From Alphaproteobacteria bacterium (GTDB lineage: Bacteria; Pseudomonadota; Alphaproteobacteria; Bin95): a stretch of DNA of 64,000 nt. Every line of letters starts with the position of its first letter. The stretch's first letter is position 1. The DNA lies in the NCBI GenBank assembly GCA_964291285.2, contig OZ219786.1, positions 1,312,001 to 1,376,000 of the forward strand. Direction: 5' to 3'. The notes beneath the pieces are model-generated. The model had not been told where the DNA came from. It searched no databases and saw nothing but the letters and a program-made list of their open reading frames with translations. Of this stretch, positions 1 to 8,497 are shown piece after piece. Position numbers and translations under genes: made by a program.

Positions 1-17
1 TCCCAGCTGTCGGTCAT
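1..17 (-). CDS. 5' end of a gene running off the left window edge (MTDSW...)
   Basis: ATG at 17 preceded by a GGAGGA RBS on the minus strand; only 5 codons are visible. Confidence 0.45.
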
Positions 18-143
18 GGCGTCCTCCATTCCATGCTGCGGACAATCCTACAACCGGCCCGTTGAAGCGTAAATCCGGGAGGGCGCTTCGTGGTATTGAT
101 GCACCTTCGGAGACCGCCGGCCGAAGCTCAGGGGAGACCGCCG

Positions 144-1079
144 ATGACCGGAACACGGGCCGACCTCTCGCAATGGCGCGAGCCGCAGGCGCTAGTCGAG
201 ACCGGCGAGTTGGAGAACAGCCTCGGCGCGCCAGAGCTTCGCATCGTGGACTGCACCACGTGGCTCAGGCCCGCGGAGCCCGGCGACGACGCCCCCTACC
301 GCGTCGTGCCGGGCCGGGCCGAATACGATGAGGCGCATATTCCGGGTGCCGTGTTCCTGGACCTCCAGGGCGCGGCTTCGGACCCCGGCACGCGCCTCAA
401 ATTCATGGCCCCGTCGGCCGAACGGTTCGCGGAGGCGATGGGCGCGCTCGGCATCGGCGACGCCTCCCGCGTCGTGCTCTATTCGGCCGGCAGCATCATG
501 TGGGCGACCCGCGTCTGGTGGATGCTGCGCGCCTTCGGGTTCGAGGGCGCGGCCGTGCTCGACGGGGGCTGGGAGAAGTGGAAGGCGGAGGGCCGCCCCA
601 TCTCCTCCGAGCCGGCGCGATACCCGCCGGCGCGCTTCACGGCGGCGCTTAAGCCTGGCCGGTTCGTGGACAGGAACCATGTGGCTTCCCGGCTCGAAGA
701 CGAGGGCACCGTCATGGTGAATGCGCTGGCACCTGCCTTCCATCTGGGCGAGGGGCCGAGCCGCTACGGCAGGCCCGGGCGCATCCCCGGCAGCGCCAAC
801 GTGCCGGCGGCCAGCCTGCTCGATCCCGCGAGCGGCGCCTTCGTGGCGCTGGACGAGGCGCGGCGGCTGCACGAGGAGGCCGGGGTCGACCGGGACCGCC
901 ATGTCGTCGCCTATTGCGGCGGCGGCATCTCCGCCACCGTCGGCCTGTTCCTGCTGCACCAGCTCGGCTATGACGACCTCACCCTCTATGACGGCTCGAT
1001 GGGAGACTGGGCCCCGGACCCCGGCCTGCCCATAGAAACGGGCCCGCAACAGTCTTCACACGGCAGGAGCCAGCCATGA
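144..1079 (+). CDS. Tandem-domain rhodanese/sulfurtransferase (SseA/3-mercaptopyruvate sulfurtransferase-like)
   Basis: HIPGAVF, LDGGWEKW, active-site YCGGGISA and YDGSMGDW motifs; ATG at 144 after GGGGAG. Confidence 0.9.
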   Translation: MTGTRADLSQWREPQALVETGELENSLGAPELRIVDCTTWLRPAEPGDDAPYRVVPGRAEYDEAHIPGAVFLDLQGAASDPGTRLKFMAPSAERFAEAMGALGIGDASRVVLYSAGSIMWATRVWWMLRAFGFEGAAVLDGGWEKWKAEGRPISSEPARYPPARFTAALKPGRFVDRNHVASRLEDEGTVMVNALAPAFHLGEGPSRYGRPGRIPGSANVPAASLLDPASGAFVALDEARRLHEEAGVDRDRHVVAYCGGGISATVGLFLLHQLGYDDLTLYDGSMGDWAPDPGLPIETGPQQSSHGRSQP

Positions 1080-1963
1080 CACTCCGGTTCCGCAAGCTTC
1101 ATCCGCATTTCGCCGCCGAGGCGGAGCCGGTCGATCTCCGCCGCGCGCATGACGAGGAGGCCCTCGAAGGAATCCGGGCGGCCATGGATGAACACGCCGT
1201 GCTCGTCTTCCGGGACCAGGCGTTCTCGGGCGAGGAGCAGCTCGATTTCGCCACCCGGCTCGACGGCGAGCTCCACCGCAAGACCGGCTTCAGCGTCCTG
1301 CAGAAGAACCGCTTCGGCGACGAGGCGCTCTCCGACGTCTCGAATGTCGAAGCGGACGGGCAGGTCGTGGAAGCGGACAGCCGCCGGCGCCTCTACGCGC
1401 TCGGGAACCGCCTCTGGCACACGGACGCCTCATTCCAGGACCCGCGCGGCCGCTATTCCATGCTCGCCGCCCTCGTGGTGCCGCCCGTGCCGGCCGACAC
1501 CGAGTTCGCGGATATGCGCACCGCATACGACACGCTGCCGGAGGAGACGAAGGCGGGGCTGGAAGGCCTCCGCGTGCATCATTCCATCGCCCACTCGCGC
1601 ATGACGCTCGGCTTCGAGTTCTCCGAGGAGGAGCGCGACCGGCTCAAGGGCGCGGTCCATCCGCTCGTGCTGACCAACCCGCGGACCGGGCGGCGCGCGC
1701 TCTATCTCGCGTCGCACGCCTCGCGGATCCTCGACCGGCCGGTGCCGGAAGGCCGGCTCCTCATCCGCGAGCTGACGGAGCACGCGACCCGGCCCGAGCT
1801 TGTCTATCGCCATTCCTGGCGGGACGGCGATTTCGTCATCTGGGACAACCGCGCCACCATGCACCGCGCCTGCCGCTACGAAGACACGGTTTACCGCCGG
1901 GAGATGCGCCGCGTCACGACGCTGGACACCGGCGACCCGGCCCGCGTCGCGCAGCCGGCATAA
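1076..1963 (+). CDS. TauD/TfdA family Fe(II)/2-oxoglutarate dioxygenase
   Basis: WHTDASF (HxD) and WDNRATMHR motifs; ATGA overlap with the upstream gene. Confidence 0.93.
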   Translation: MTLRFRKLHPHFAAEAEPVDLRRAHDEEALEGIRAAMDEHAVLVFRDQAFSGEEQLDFATRLDGELHRKTGFSVLQKNRFGDEALSDVSNVEADGQVVEADSRRRLYALGNRLWHTDASFQDPRGRYSMLAALVVPPVPADTEFADMRTAYDTLPEETKAGLEGLRVHHSIAHSRMTLGFEFSEEERDRLKGAVHPLVLTNPRTGRRALYLASHASRILDRPVPEGRLLIRELTEHATRPELVYRHSWRDGDFVIWDNRATMHRACRYEDTVYRREMRRVTTLDTGDPARVAQPA

Positions 1964-2024
1964 CCGCCTCCGCCAGCGTGCCTTTGCGCCGGGACGCACC
2001 TTTTCCGCTATCGGACCGTGTCGA

Positions 2025-3254
2025 ATGAAGCCCCTCGAAGACATCCGCGTGCTCTCGGTCACGGTGTTCCTGGCCGGCCCCTTCCTCAGCATGACGCTCG
2101 CCCGCTTCGGCGCGGAGGTCATCAAGGTCGAGATGCCGGGCGCCGGCGAGCCGATCCGCAGCGCCGGGCCCTTCCACGGGCCGAAGGGCATCCATGCGGA
2201 GCGGCAGACGGAGGACGACCTGTCGGTCCGGTTCCTGAAGCGCTCCGAAGGCGTGAAGAGCGTCACGCTCAACCTGAAGGACCCGGAAGGACGGCGGTTG
2301 TTCCTCGAGATGGCGAAACGGTCCGACGTGCTGGTCGAGAACCTGTCGCCCGGCTCGATGAAGCGGCTGGGACTCGGTTACGAAGAGGTCTGTGCCGTCA
2401 ATCCGGGCATCGTCTATTGCTCCATCGCAGGTTACGGCCAGACCGGCCCCTACAAGGACCTGCCCGCGCACGACCACCAGATCCAGGCCATGTCCGGCAT
2501 CATGGACATGAACGGCGCGGCCGACGGCCCGCCGACGCGGATCGGCGTCTTCGTCGGCGACCTGGTGACGCCGCTCTACGCCGCCTATTCGATCCTGGGC
2601 GCGCTTCGGGTGAGGGAAAGGACGGGCGAAGGGCAATATCTCGACGCCTCGATGATCGACACGCTTGCGACCCTCATGTTCATGGAGCCGATGGAGTATG
2701 TGCTGCAGGAAGGACAGCCGGTCCGGGCCGGCAATGACAGCCGCAACGACGTGACCGGCCTCTACCAGCTCACCGACGGCGACGTGATCATCACGGTCGG
2801 CCTGTCGCTGCGCCTCAACGCCCTGCTGGGCGCGCTCGGCGCCTCCGCGCTTCTGGAGCAGCCGCGCTTCGCGACCCCGGAAGCGAGGGAAGCGAATATC
2901 GCCGCGCTCAGGGCGGAAATCCAGGCGCGCCTCGGCGCCCACAGCTGCGAGGAAGGCATCGCGCTGCTCCAGGGGGCGGGCGTGCCGGTCGCGCGGGTCC
3001 GCACGATTTTGGAAGCGATGGAGGACGGCCATTTCCGGGCGCGCGGCACGCTCAGGCCGATGTACCGGCAGGGTTCCGACGAGCCGGTGGAGCGCGGGAT
3101 CGTCCCGGGTTTCCCGGTCACCTTCTCGGGCGGCGACCTGCCGAAGCTCGAAGGCGGCGCGAAGCTCGGCCACCACAACCGGGAGGTCTTCGGGCGGCTC
3201 CTCGGCCTCGACGCGGCGGCGATGGCCGACCTGGAGGAGCGCGGGGTGATATAG
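2025..3254 (+). CDS. CaiB/BaiF family (class III) CoA transferase
   Basis: LAGPF...GAEVIKVE, SVTLNLK, DVLVENL and GYGQTGPY motifs; start taken as ATG 2025. Confidence 0.92.
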   Translation: MKPLEDIRVLSVTVFLAGPFLSMTLARFGAEVIKVEMPGAGEPIRSAGPFHGPKGIHAERQTEDDLSVRFLKRSEGVKSVTLNLKDPEGRRLFLEMAKRSDVLVENLSPGSMKRLGLGYEEVCAVNPGIVYCSIAGYGQTGPYKDLPAHDHQIQAMSGIMDMNGAADGPPTRIGVFVGDLVTPLYAAYSILGALRVRERTGEGQYLDASMIDTLATLMFMEPMEYVLQEGQPVRAGNDSRNDVTGLYQLTDGDVIITVGLSLRLNALLGALGASALLEQPRFATPEAREANIAALRAEIQARLGAHSCEEGIALLQGAGVPVARVRTILEAMEDGHFRARGTLRPMYRQGSDEPVERGIVPGFPVTFSGGDLPKLEGGAKLGHHNREVFGRLLGLDAAAMADLEERGVI

Positions 3255-3339
3255 GGGCCGAACCGCCAGGCGACGGGGCAGGAGAAGCAGAGATATTTCC
3301 TGTTTGACCAAAAATTTCTGGAAATATCCTCATCATGAC

Positions 3340-3367
3340 TTGACATATTGGAAACGTGTAATATGAT
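3340..3367 (+). promoter_or_regulatory. Putative sigma70 promoter of dispersed element copy 1
   Basis: TTGACA-16bp-TATGAT in an AT-rich patch; 9-bp inverted repeat GATATTTCC/GGAAATATC just upstream (3292-3328). Confidence 0.6.
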
Positions 3368-3695
3368 GAGAGTAGAGAGAGGCGGCTTGCGGGGCCGCCT
3401 TTCGCATTTCTGCGCAGAACGTGGCTGGGGCCGCGAAAAAAGACCCCGGCGGAAGCAAACGGGACAAGTGCGTCCGCCGTCTCGCGCGCGCAATCAGGCG
3501 CGCGAACCGCGCCGGCGCCGACGCGCGGGCGGGCGGGCGCACGATACGCGCGAAACAGGGTCCCGCCGCACGGACGGGCCGGCGGCGGAGGAACGGAACG
3601 CAAGAGAACGAAACGCGATGGAGGGACGACATGCAGGATTCGGGCGGATGCAGCTTCGGCGAGGCGGGCGGAGAGGGGTGCGGCGCGACGCGCCC

Positions 3696-3725
3696 CATGA
3701 CAAAACATGACATTCCATGACATGC
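3696..3725 (+). repeat. Three tandem 10-bp-period CATGACA repeats
   Basis: CATGACAAAA CATGACATTC CATGACATGC. Confidence 0.9.
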
Positions 3726-3805
3726 CCGTGGAGTGGGCCCCTGGTCTCGGACAGTTTTGTTGTAGGAAATTGACAGGTGCGCGGTCATTGGAAGGATCGA
3801 CGCCG

Positions 3806-4156
3806 ATGAGGAAGCACCGCACGCACAGCATGGCCTTCAAGCGCCAGGTCGTTGAGGAGTATCTGGCAGGCGAGACGTTTTACGGTCTGGCCCGCCGTCA
3901 TGACCTGTCTCGCACCCTGATCCGGCTGTGGCTGGAGAAGTATGAGGCCGGGGCCTTCGATGAGGAGGCCGAGGCGGCCGACAGGCTCCGGGCATATGAG
4001 GCCCGGATCGCGACGCTCGAACGGCTGGTCGGCCGGCAGGCCGCGGAGCTGGAGTTCCTAAAGGGGGCTTTGCGGCAAGGACGGCGGTCGAGGCGCGCGC
4101 CCATGTCCGTGATCGCCGGCCCCGAGGCCTCTCCGTCGCCGAAGGATGCCGACTGA
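3806..4156 (+). CDS. IS3 transposase OrfA (HTH)
   Basis: FKRQVV...LARRHDLSRTLIRLW HTH followed by a coiled coil; slippery A AAG GGG at 4060-4066. Confidence 0.9.
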   Translation: MRKHRTHSMAFKRQVVEEYLAGETFYGLARRHDLSRTLIRLWLEKYEAGAFDEEAEAADRLRAYEARIATLERLVGRQAAELEFLKGALRQGRRSRRAPMSVIAGPEASPSPKDAD

Positions 4157-4950
4157 TGGGGATCGCGCGCTCCACCTGTTACCGCGAGCCGCAGAGCCCG
4201 GTCGACGACACCGCCCTGGTCGAGGCGATGCACGAGATCAAGGACGAGTTCGAGGCCTATGGCTGGCGGCGCATGCAGGCGGAACTTCGCCACCGGGGCC
4301 GGACCGTCAACCACAAGAAGGTCAGGCGGCTGATGCGCGAACACGCCCTGCAGCCGCCGCGCAAGCGCCGCTTTGTCGCCACCACGGACAGCGGCCACGA
4401 CGGGCCGGTCTTCCCGGACCGGTCCCGGGACTGCGAGGTCGAGGGCCCGAACCGGCTCTGGGTCGCCGACCTGACCTACATCGCCATCCTGGACGGCTTC
4501 GTCTATCTGGCGGCGGTCATGGACGCCTGGTCGCGCCGCATTGTCGGCTACGCGCTCGGGCAACGCATCGACGCGCGCCTGACGCTCGCGGCGCTCGACA
4601 AGGCGATCGGGAACCGAAGCCCTCAGCCCGGCTGCATCCACCACTCCGACAGGGGCTCGCAATACGCCGCCCATGCCTACCGGACCCGGCTCGACAAACA
4701 CGGGATGGTCGGCTCCATGGGACGACGAGCCAACCCCTACGACAACGCCATGATGGAGAGCTTCATGAAAACCCTGAAGGTCGAGGGCGTCTATCCCATG
4801 GCCTTCGAGACCGCCGAAGACGTCGCAAGGCAACTGCCACGCTTCATCGACAGCTACAACCACAGACGCCTGCACTCCGCGCTCGGATATCTGAGCCCAA
4901 ACCGCTTCGAGGAAAAACAACATCGCAACCCTGTCAAAAATGCCGCTTGA
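4156..4950 (+). CDS. IS3 transposase OrfB (DDE integrase), likely made as an OrfAB fusion by -1 frameshift
   Basis: YGWRRM, WVADLTY, HHSDRGSQY and DNAMMESF motifs; -1 frame is open from the slippery site. Confidence 0.93.
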   Translation: MGIARSTCYREPQSPVDDTALVEAMHEIKDEFEAYGWRRMQAELRHRGRTVNHKKVRRLMREHALQPPRKRRFVATTDSGHDGPVFPDRSRDCEVEGPNRLWVADLTYIAILDGFVYLAAVMDAWSRRIVGYALGQRIDARLTLAALDKAIGNRSPQPGCIHHSDRGSQYAAHAYRTRLDKHGMVGSMGRRANPYDNAMMESFMKTLKVEGVYPMAFETAEDVARQLPRFIDSYNHRRLHSALGYLSPNRFEEKQHRNPVKNAA

Positions 4951-5046
4951 AACTGTCCGACCCAAGGGGCCCACTCCACCGGCAGGTCCCGGAAGCCGCG
5001 CCCCGGCCGCCGGCTGTCCTGCGAGGCAACCGGGCCGGGCGGCGCG

Positions 5047-5796
5047 TCAGGGAGCGGCCCGGAGAAGCTCCGGGCCGTCCGCCGACCAGAGGCGCGCATC
5101 CTCGCCGAGCGCCCGGCGCAGCGCCCAGGCAAGGCAGTAATTGGACGACAGGACGGGCCTGCCGATCCGGTCCGCCGCCGGCGCCAGCGCCGCCAGGGTC
5201 GGCATGCCGGTTCCGCTCATCAGCAGCGCCCCGGCCTCGTCGGACACGCCGCTGTCCAGCGCGGCGAGGGCATCGGCGCTCCGCAGCCCGTAAATCCGGC
5301 GCGTGTCCTGCGAGTCGAGGTCGATGGTCATGACCTCGACGATGGAGAGGCCGGCCGCCTGCCAAAAGGCGACCCCGGCCTCGACGATATCGGCCGGATA
5401 GGGCGCCAGCAGCGCGATGTGCCGGGCGCCCAGGGCCGCCAGCGCATCCAGAATGGCCTGCGCGGCCGTGACGAACGGGCAGCCGAGCCGCGCTTCCGCC
5501 CCGGCGACGATTTCCGCCTCTCGCTCCGCGCCGACGAGATAGGAGGACCCGGTGCAGGCGAAGCCGTAAACGTCGGGACGCAAAACATCGTAGCTGTCCA
5601 GGGTGCGGTCGAGCCCGTCGAAATAGTCGATCAACCGCTCTACGGAGGTCGGAGCCCGGCTCACCAGGCGGCTCGTCAGAAGTTCGGCATCCTGCGGCAG
5701 GAGCCGGCGCATCTCCGCCTCGACCGTCGGGTTCGCCTGCGGCACGCCCACCCCGACCCAGCCGCCGGGCCCGTATTCGCGATCCATCCTGTCCAT
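5047..5796 (-). CDS. Asp/Glu racemase superfamily protein (maleate isomerase/arylmalonate decarboxylase-like)
   Basis: VPQANPTVEAEM, FACTGSSY, LLAPYP and PVLSSN motifs. Confidence 0.82.
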   Translation of the reverse strand: MDRMDREYGPGGWVGVGVPQANPTVEAEMRRLLPQDAELLTSRLVSRAPTSVERLIDYFDGLDRTLDSYDVLRPDVYGFACTGSSYLVGAEREAEIVAGAEARLGCPFVTAAQAILDALAALGARHIALLAPYPADIVEAGVAFWQAAGLSIVEVMTIDLDSQDTRRIYGLRSADALAALDSGVSDEAGALLMSGTGMPTLAALAPAADRIGRPVLSSNYCLAWALRRALGEDARLWSADGPELLRAAP

Positions 5797-5829
5797 GCCG
5801 TTGCCCCGGAACCGTTGCAGGCCGCCCGC

Positions 5830-7134
5830 TCAGATATCCAGCGAGGTTTCCCGCTCCCAGTCGCTCAGATGGCGGGAATAGGCGTCCCATTCCTGCATCT
5901 TCAGCCTGACATAAGCGGACGAGAATTCCGCCCCGAACGCACTCTTCAAAACCGCATTGCGGTCGAAGGCGCGGACCGCGTCCAGCAGGTAGTTCGGCAG
6001 CCGCCTGACCCGGCGCCTGTGGCCCTCGGCATACATGTCGAGGTCGCTGCGCCTGCCCGGATCGCGCCTGTTGGCGATGCCGTCGAGGCCGGCTGCCAGA
6101 CAGGCCGCCTGCAGCAGGTAGGGGTTGGCCGCGCCGTCGGCGAGCCGGAACTCGAAGCGGCCCTCATCGGGGATGCGCACCATGTGGGTGCGGTTGTTGC
6201 CCGTCCAGGTGACGGTGTTGGGCGACCATGTGGCGCCCGAGGCGGTCACCGGCGCGTTGATGCGCTTGTAGGAGTTCACGATCGGGTTGGTGATGGCGCA
6301 GAGCCCCTCGGCGTGGTGGAGCACGCCGCCGAGGAAATGCAGGGCGAGCTCCGACAGGCCGAGTTCCCCGTCCGGATCGTGGAACAGGTTTGTCTTCCCG
6401 TCCGCGTCCCAGACGGACACATGCGCATGGCACCCGTTGCCGGTCAGGCTGAGGAACGGTTTCGGCATGAAGGTCGCGCGCAGCCCGTGCTTCTCGGCAA
6501 TCGACTTCACCATGAATTTGAAGAAGGCGTGCCGGTCAGCCGTCACGAGCGCGTCGTCATAGTCCCAGTTCATCTCGAACTGGCCGTTGGCGTCCTCATG
6601 GTCGTTCTGGTAGGGCCCCCAGCCAAGCTCCAGCATGGCGTCGCAGATCTCGGACACGACATCGTAGCGGCGCATCAGCGCCTGCTGGTCGTAGCAGGGC
6701 TTCGCATCGATGTCGCGCGGGTCCGAAATCCCGGCGCCGTCGGCGTCGATCAGGTGGTATTCGGCCTCGACGCCGGTCTTCATCCGCAGCCCCTCGGCCG
6801 CCGCCCTGGCGACGAGGTTCTTCAGCACGACGCGCGGCGCCTGTTCGACCGGCCGGCCGTCCATGACGAGGTCTCCGGCGACCCACGCCACATCCGGCTG
6901 CCAGGGAAGCCGGATGACGCTCGCGGTGTCGGGGACGGCCAGCATGTCGGGATGGGCGGGTGTCATGTCCAGATAGGTGGCGAAGCCCGCAAATCCCGCG
7001 CCCGCCTCCTCCATTGCCGGCGCGGCGGCCGCCGGCACCAGCTTGGAGCGCTGCATGCCGCGAATGTCGGTGAAATTGAAGAGGAAATACCTGACGCCAT
7101 TCGCCTTTGCGAACGCTTCCAGCTTGCCGGTCAT
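5830..7134 (-). CDS. gmaS: Gamma-glutamylmethylamide synthetase (GlnT-like glutamine synthetase)
   Basis: AGFAGFAT, YQNDHEDANGQFEMNW, NSYKRINA..T.SGATWSP and GNNRTH motifs; adjacent to mgsABC. Confidence 0.88.
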   Translation of the reverse strand: MTGKLEAFAKANGVRYFLFNFTDIRGMQRSKLVPAAAAPAMEEAGAGFAGFATYLDMTPAHPDMLAVPDTASVIRLPWQPDVAWVAGDLVMDGRPVEQAPRVVLKNLVARAAAEGLRMKTGVEAEYHLIDADGAGISDPRDIDAKPCYDQQALMRRYDVVSEICDAMLELGWGPYQNDHEDANGQFEMNWDYDDALVTADRHAFFKFMVKSIAEKHGLRATFMPKPFLSLTGNGCHAHVSVWDADGKTNLFHDPDGELGLSELALHFLGGVLHHAEGLCAITNPIVNSYKRINAPVTASGATWSPNTVTWTGNNRTHMVRIPDEGRFEFRLADGAANPYLLQAACLAAGLDGIANRRDPGRRSDLDMYAEGHRRRVRRLPNYLLDAVRAFDRNAVLKSAFGAEFSSAYVRLKMQEWDAYSRHLSDWERETSLDI

Positions 7135-7173
7135 CGTCTTCCTTTCGGTCGTGAGGGCTCCCGGCGCCGGCGG

Positions 7174-8487
7174 TCAGGACCGGCCCGGAATCCAGTCGGT
7201 CCCTGCCAGCGGAACCCGTGCCATCGCCGCCGCCTCGACGGTGAGCGCGGCAAGGTCCTCCGGTTCCAGATTGTGCACGTGGCTCTTGCCGCAGGCCCGC
7301 GCGAGGGTCTGGCATTCCATCGTAAGGGTCGAGAGGTAGTTGCGCACCCGCCGCCCGCCCTCCTCCGGGTCGAGCCGCGCCTCCAGCACCGGGTCCTGGG
7401 TCGTCACGCCGACGGGGCAGCGGCCCGTCTGGCACATATTGCAGGCGCCCGGACGCGTGCCGAGCGCCTCATAGTCCTCGAGGTAGAGCGGCGCGTTGCA
7501 GTTGAGCGCCATCAGCGCGGCCATGCCGATCGAGACGGCGTCCGCTCCCAGCGCCAGCGCCTTGGCGACATCGGCCCCGGTGCGGATGCCCCCCGAGACG
7601 ATGAGCTGCACCTCGCGGTGGACGCCCAGTTCCTTGAGCGCATCCACGGCGAGGCGGACCGCCGGGAGCGTCGGGATGCCGACATCCTCGATGAACACTT
7701 CCTGGGTGGCCGCCGTGCCGCCCTGCATGCCGTCCACCACCACGGCGTCCGCGCCCGCCTTGACCGCAAGCGCGACATCGTACTGGGTGCGGGTCGCGCC
7801 GACCTTTACATAGACCGGCTTTTCCCAGTTCGTGATCTCGCGCAGCTCCTGAATCTTGATCGTGAGATCGTCGGGCCCCGTCCAGTCCGGGTGCCGGCAA
7901 GCGCTGCGCTGGTCGATGCCGGACGGGAGGGTCCGCATCTCCGCCACCCTTTCCGTCACCTTCTGGCCGAGCAGCATCCCGCCGCCGCCGGGCTTGGCGC
8001 CCTGGCCGACCACCACTTCTATCGCGTCGGCGATGCGGAGATGGTCCGGGTCCATGCCGTAGCGCGAGGGCAGGACCTGATAGACGAGCGTTTCCGATGC
8101 CTCGCGCTCCTCCATCGTCATGCCGCCGTCGCCCGTGGTCGTGCTGGTGCCCATGGCGCTGGCGCCGAGGCCGAGCGCGCGCTTGGCATTGGCGCTGAGC
8201 GCGCCGAAGCTCATGCCGGCAATGGTGATCGGGATCTTGAGCTCAACCGGTCGCGACGCATGGCGCGCGCCTATGGTCACATTCGTGTCGCAGCGCTCGC
8301 GGTAGCCCTCCAGCGGATAGCGCGAGACGGAGGCGCCGAGGAACACCAGGTCGTCGAAGGACGGCACGGCCCGCCACGCGCCGGAGCCCCGGATGTAGTA
8401 GAGGCCCTGGTCTGCCGCGCGATGGATCCCGGAGATGACATGCGGGGGAAAGCTCGCCCAGGAGCGCGTCGTCCGATCGCCTGACAT
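7174..8487 (-). CDS. mgsC: N-methylglutamate synthase subunit C (FMN-binding glutamate synthase family, GlxD)
   Basis: GMSFGALS, TTTGDGGM, GQGAKPGGGG, DQRSACRHPD motifs and a C-terminal CxxxxxCxxxxC cluster; start ATG 8487. Confidence 0.9.
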   Translation of the reverse strand: MSGDRTTRSWASFPPHVISGIHRAADQGLYYIRGSGAWRAVPSFDDLVFLGASVSRYPLEGYRERCDTNVTIGARHASRPVELKIPITIAGMSFGALSANAKRALGLGASAMGTSTTTGDGGMTMEEREASETLVYQVLPSRYGMDPDHLRIADAIEVVVGQGAKPGGGGMLLGQKVTERVAEMRTLPSGIDQRSACRHPDWTGPDDLTIKIQELREITNWEKPVYVKVGATRTQYDVALAVKAGADAVVVDGMQGGTAATQEVFIEDVGIPTLPAVRLAVDALKELGVHREVQLIVSGGIRTGADVAKALALGADAVSIGMAALMALNCNAPLYLEDYEALGTRPGACNMCQTGRCPVGVTTQDPVLEARLDPEEGGRRVRNYLSTLTMECQTLARACGKSHVHNLEPEDLAALTVEAAAMARVPLAGTDWIPGRS

Positions 8488-8497
8488 GATGCCGTTC

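Larger units (their letters stand above)
3292..3725 (+). repeat. Dispersed element copy 1 (short, probably non-autonomous)
   Basis: 3487-3522 is identical to 51903-51938; shares GATACGCGCG, the TATGATG box, a 5' hairpin and the terminal CATGACA x3 with the copy at 51.7-53.0 kb. Confidence 0.8.
3729..4978 (+). mobile_element. IS3-family insertion sequence
   Basis: TG...CA ends; imperfect terminal IRs TGGAGTGGGCCCCT..TCGGACAGTTT / AAACTGTCCGA..AGGGGCCCACTCCA; 3-bp CCG target duplication; orfA/orfB. Confidence 0.95.

Noticed and set aside
3696-3725. CRISPR array or DGR template repeat
   Set aside because: The units are 10 bp with no spacers, and there is no cas or reverse transcriptase gene in the window.
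4060-4066. Split transposases (IS3 here, IS5 at 53737) read as pseudogenes
   Set aside because: Both have slippery sequences with an open -1 frame, the normal programmed-frameshift arrangement for these families.
5419-8484. Very long antisense ORFs (also 27801-30929, 31017-35267, 35188-39630, 62370-63983)
   Set aside because: They are shadow frames of real high-GC genes on the opposite strand and have no recognisable motifs; only the last 74 aa of 62370-63983 is a real gene (the antitoxin).
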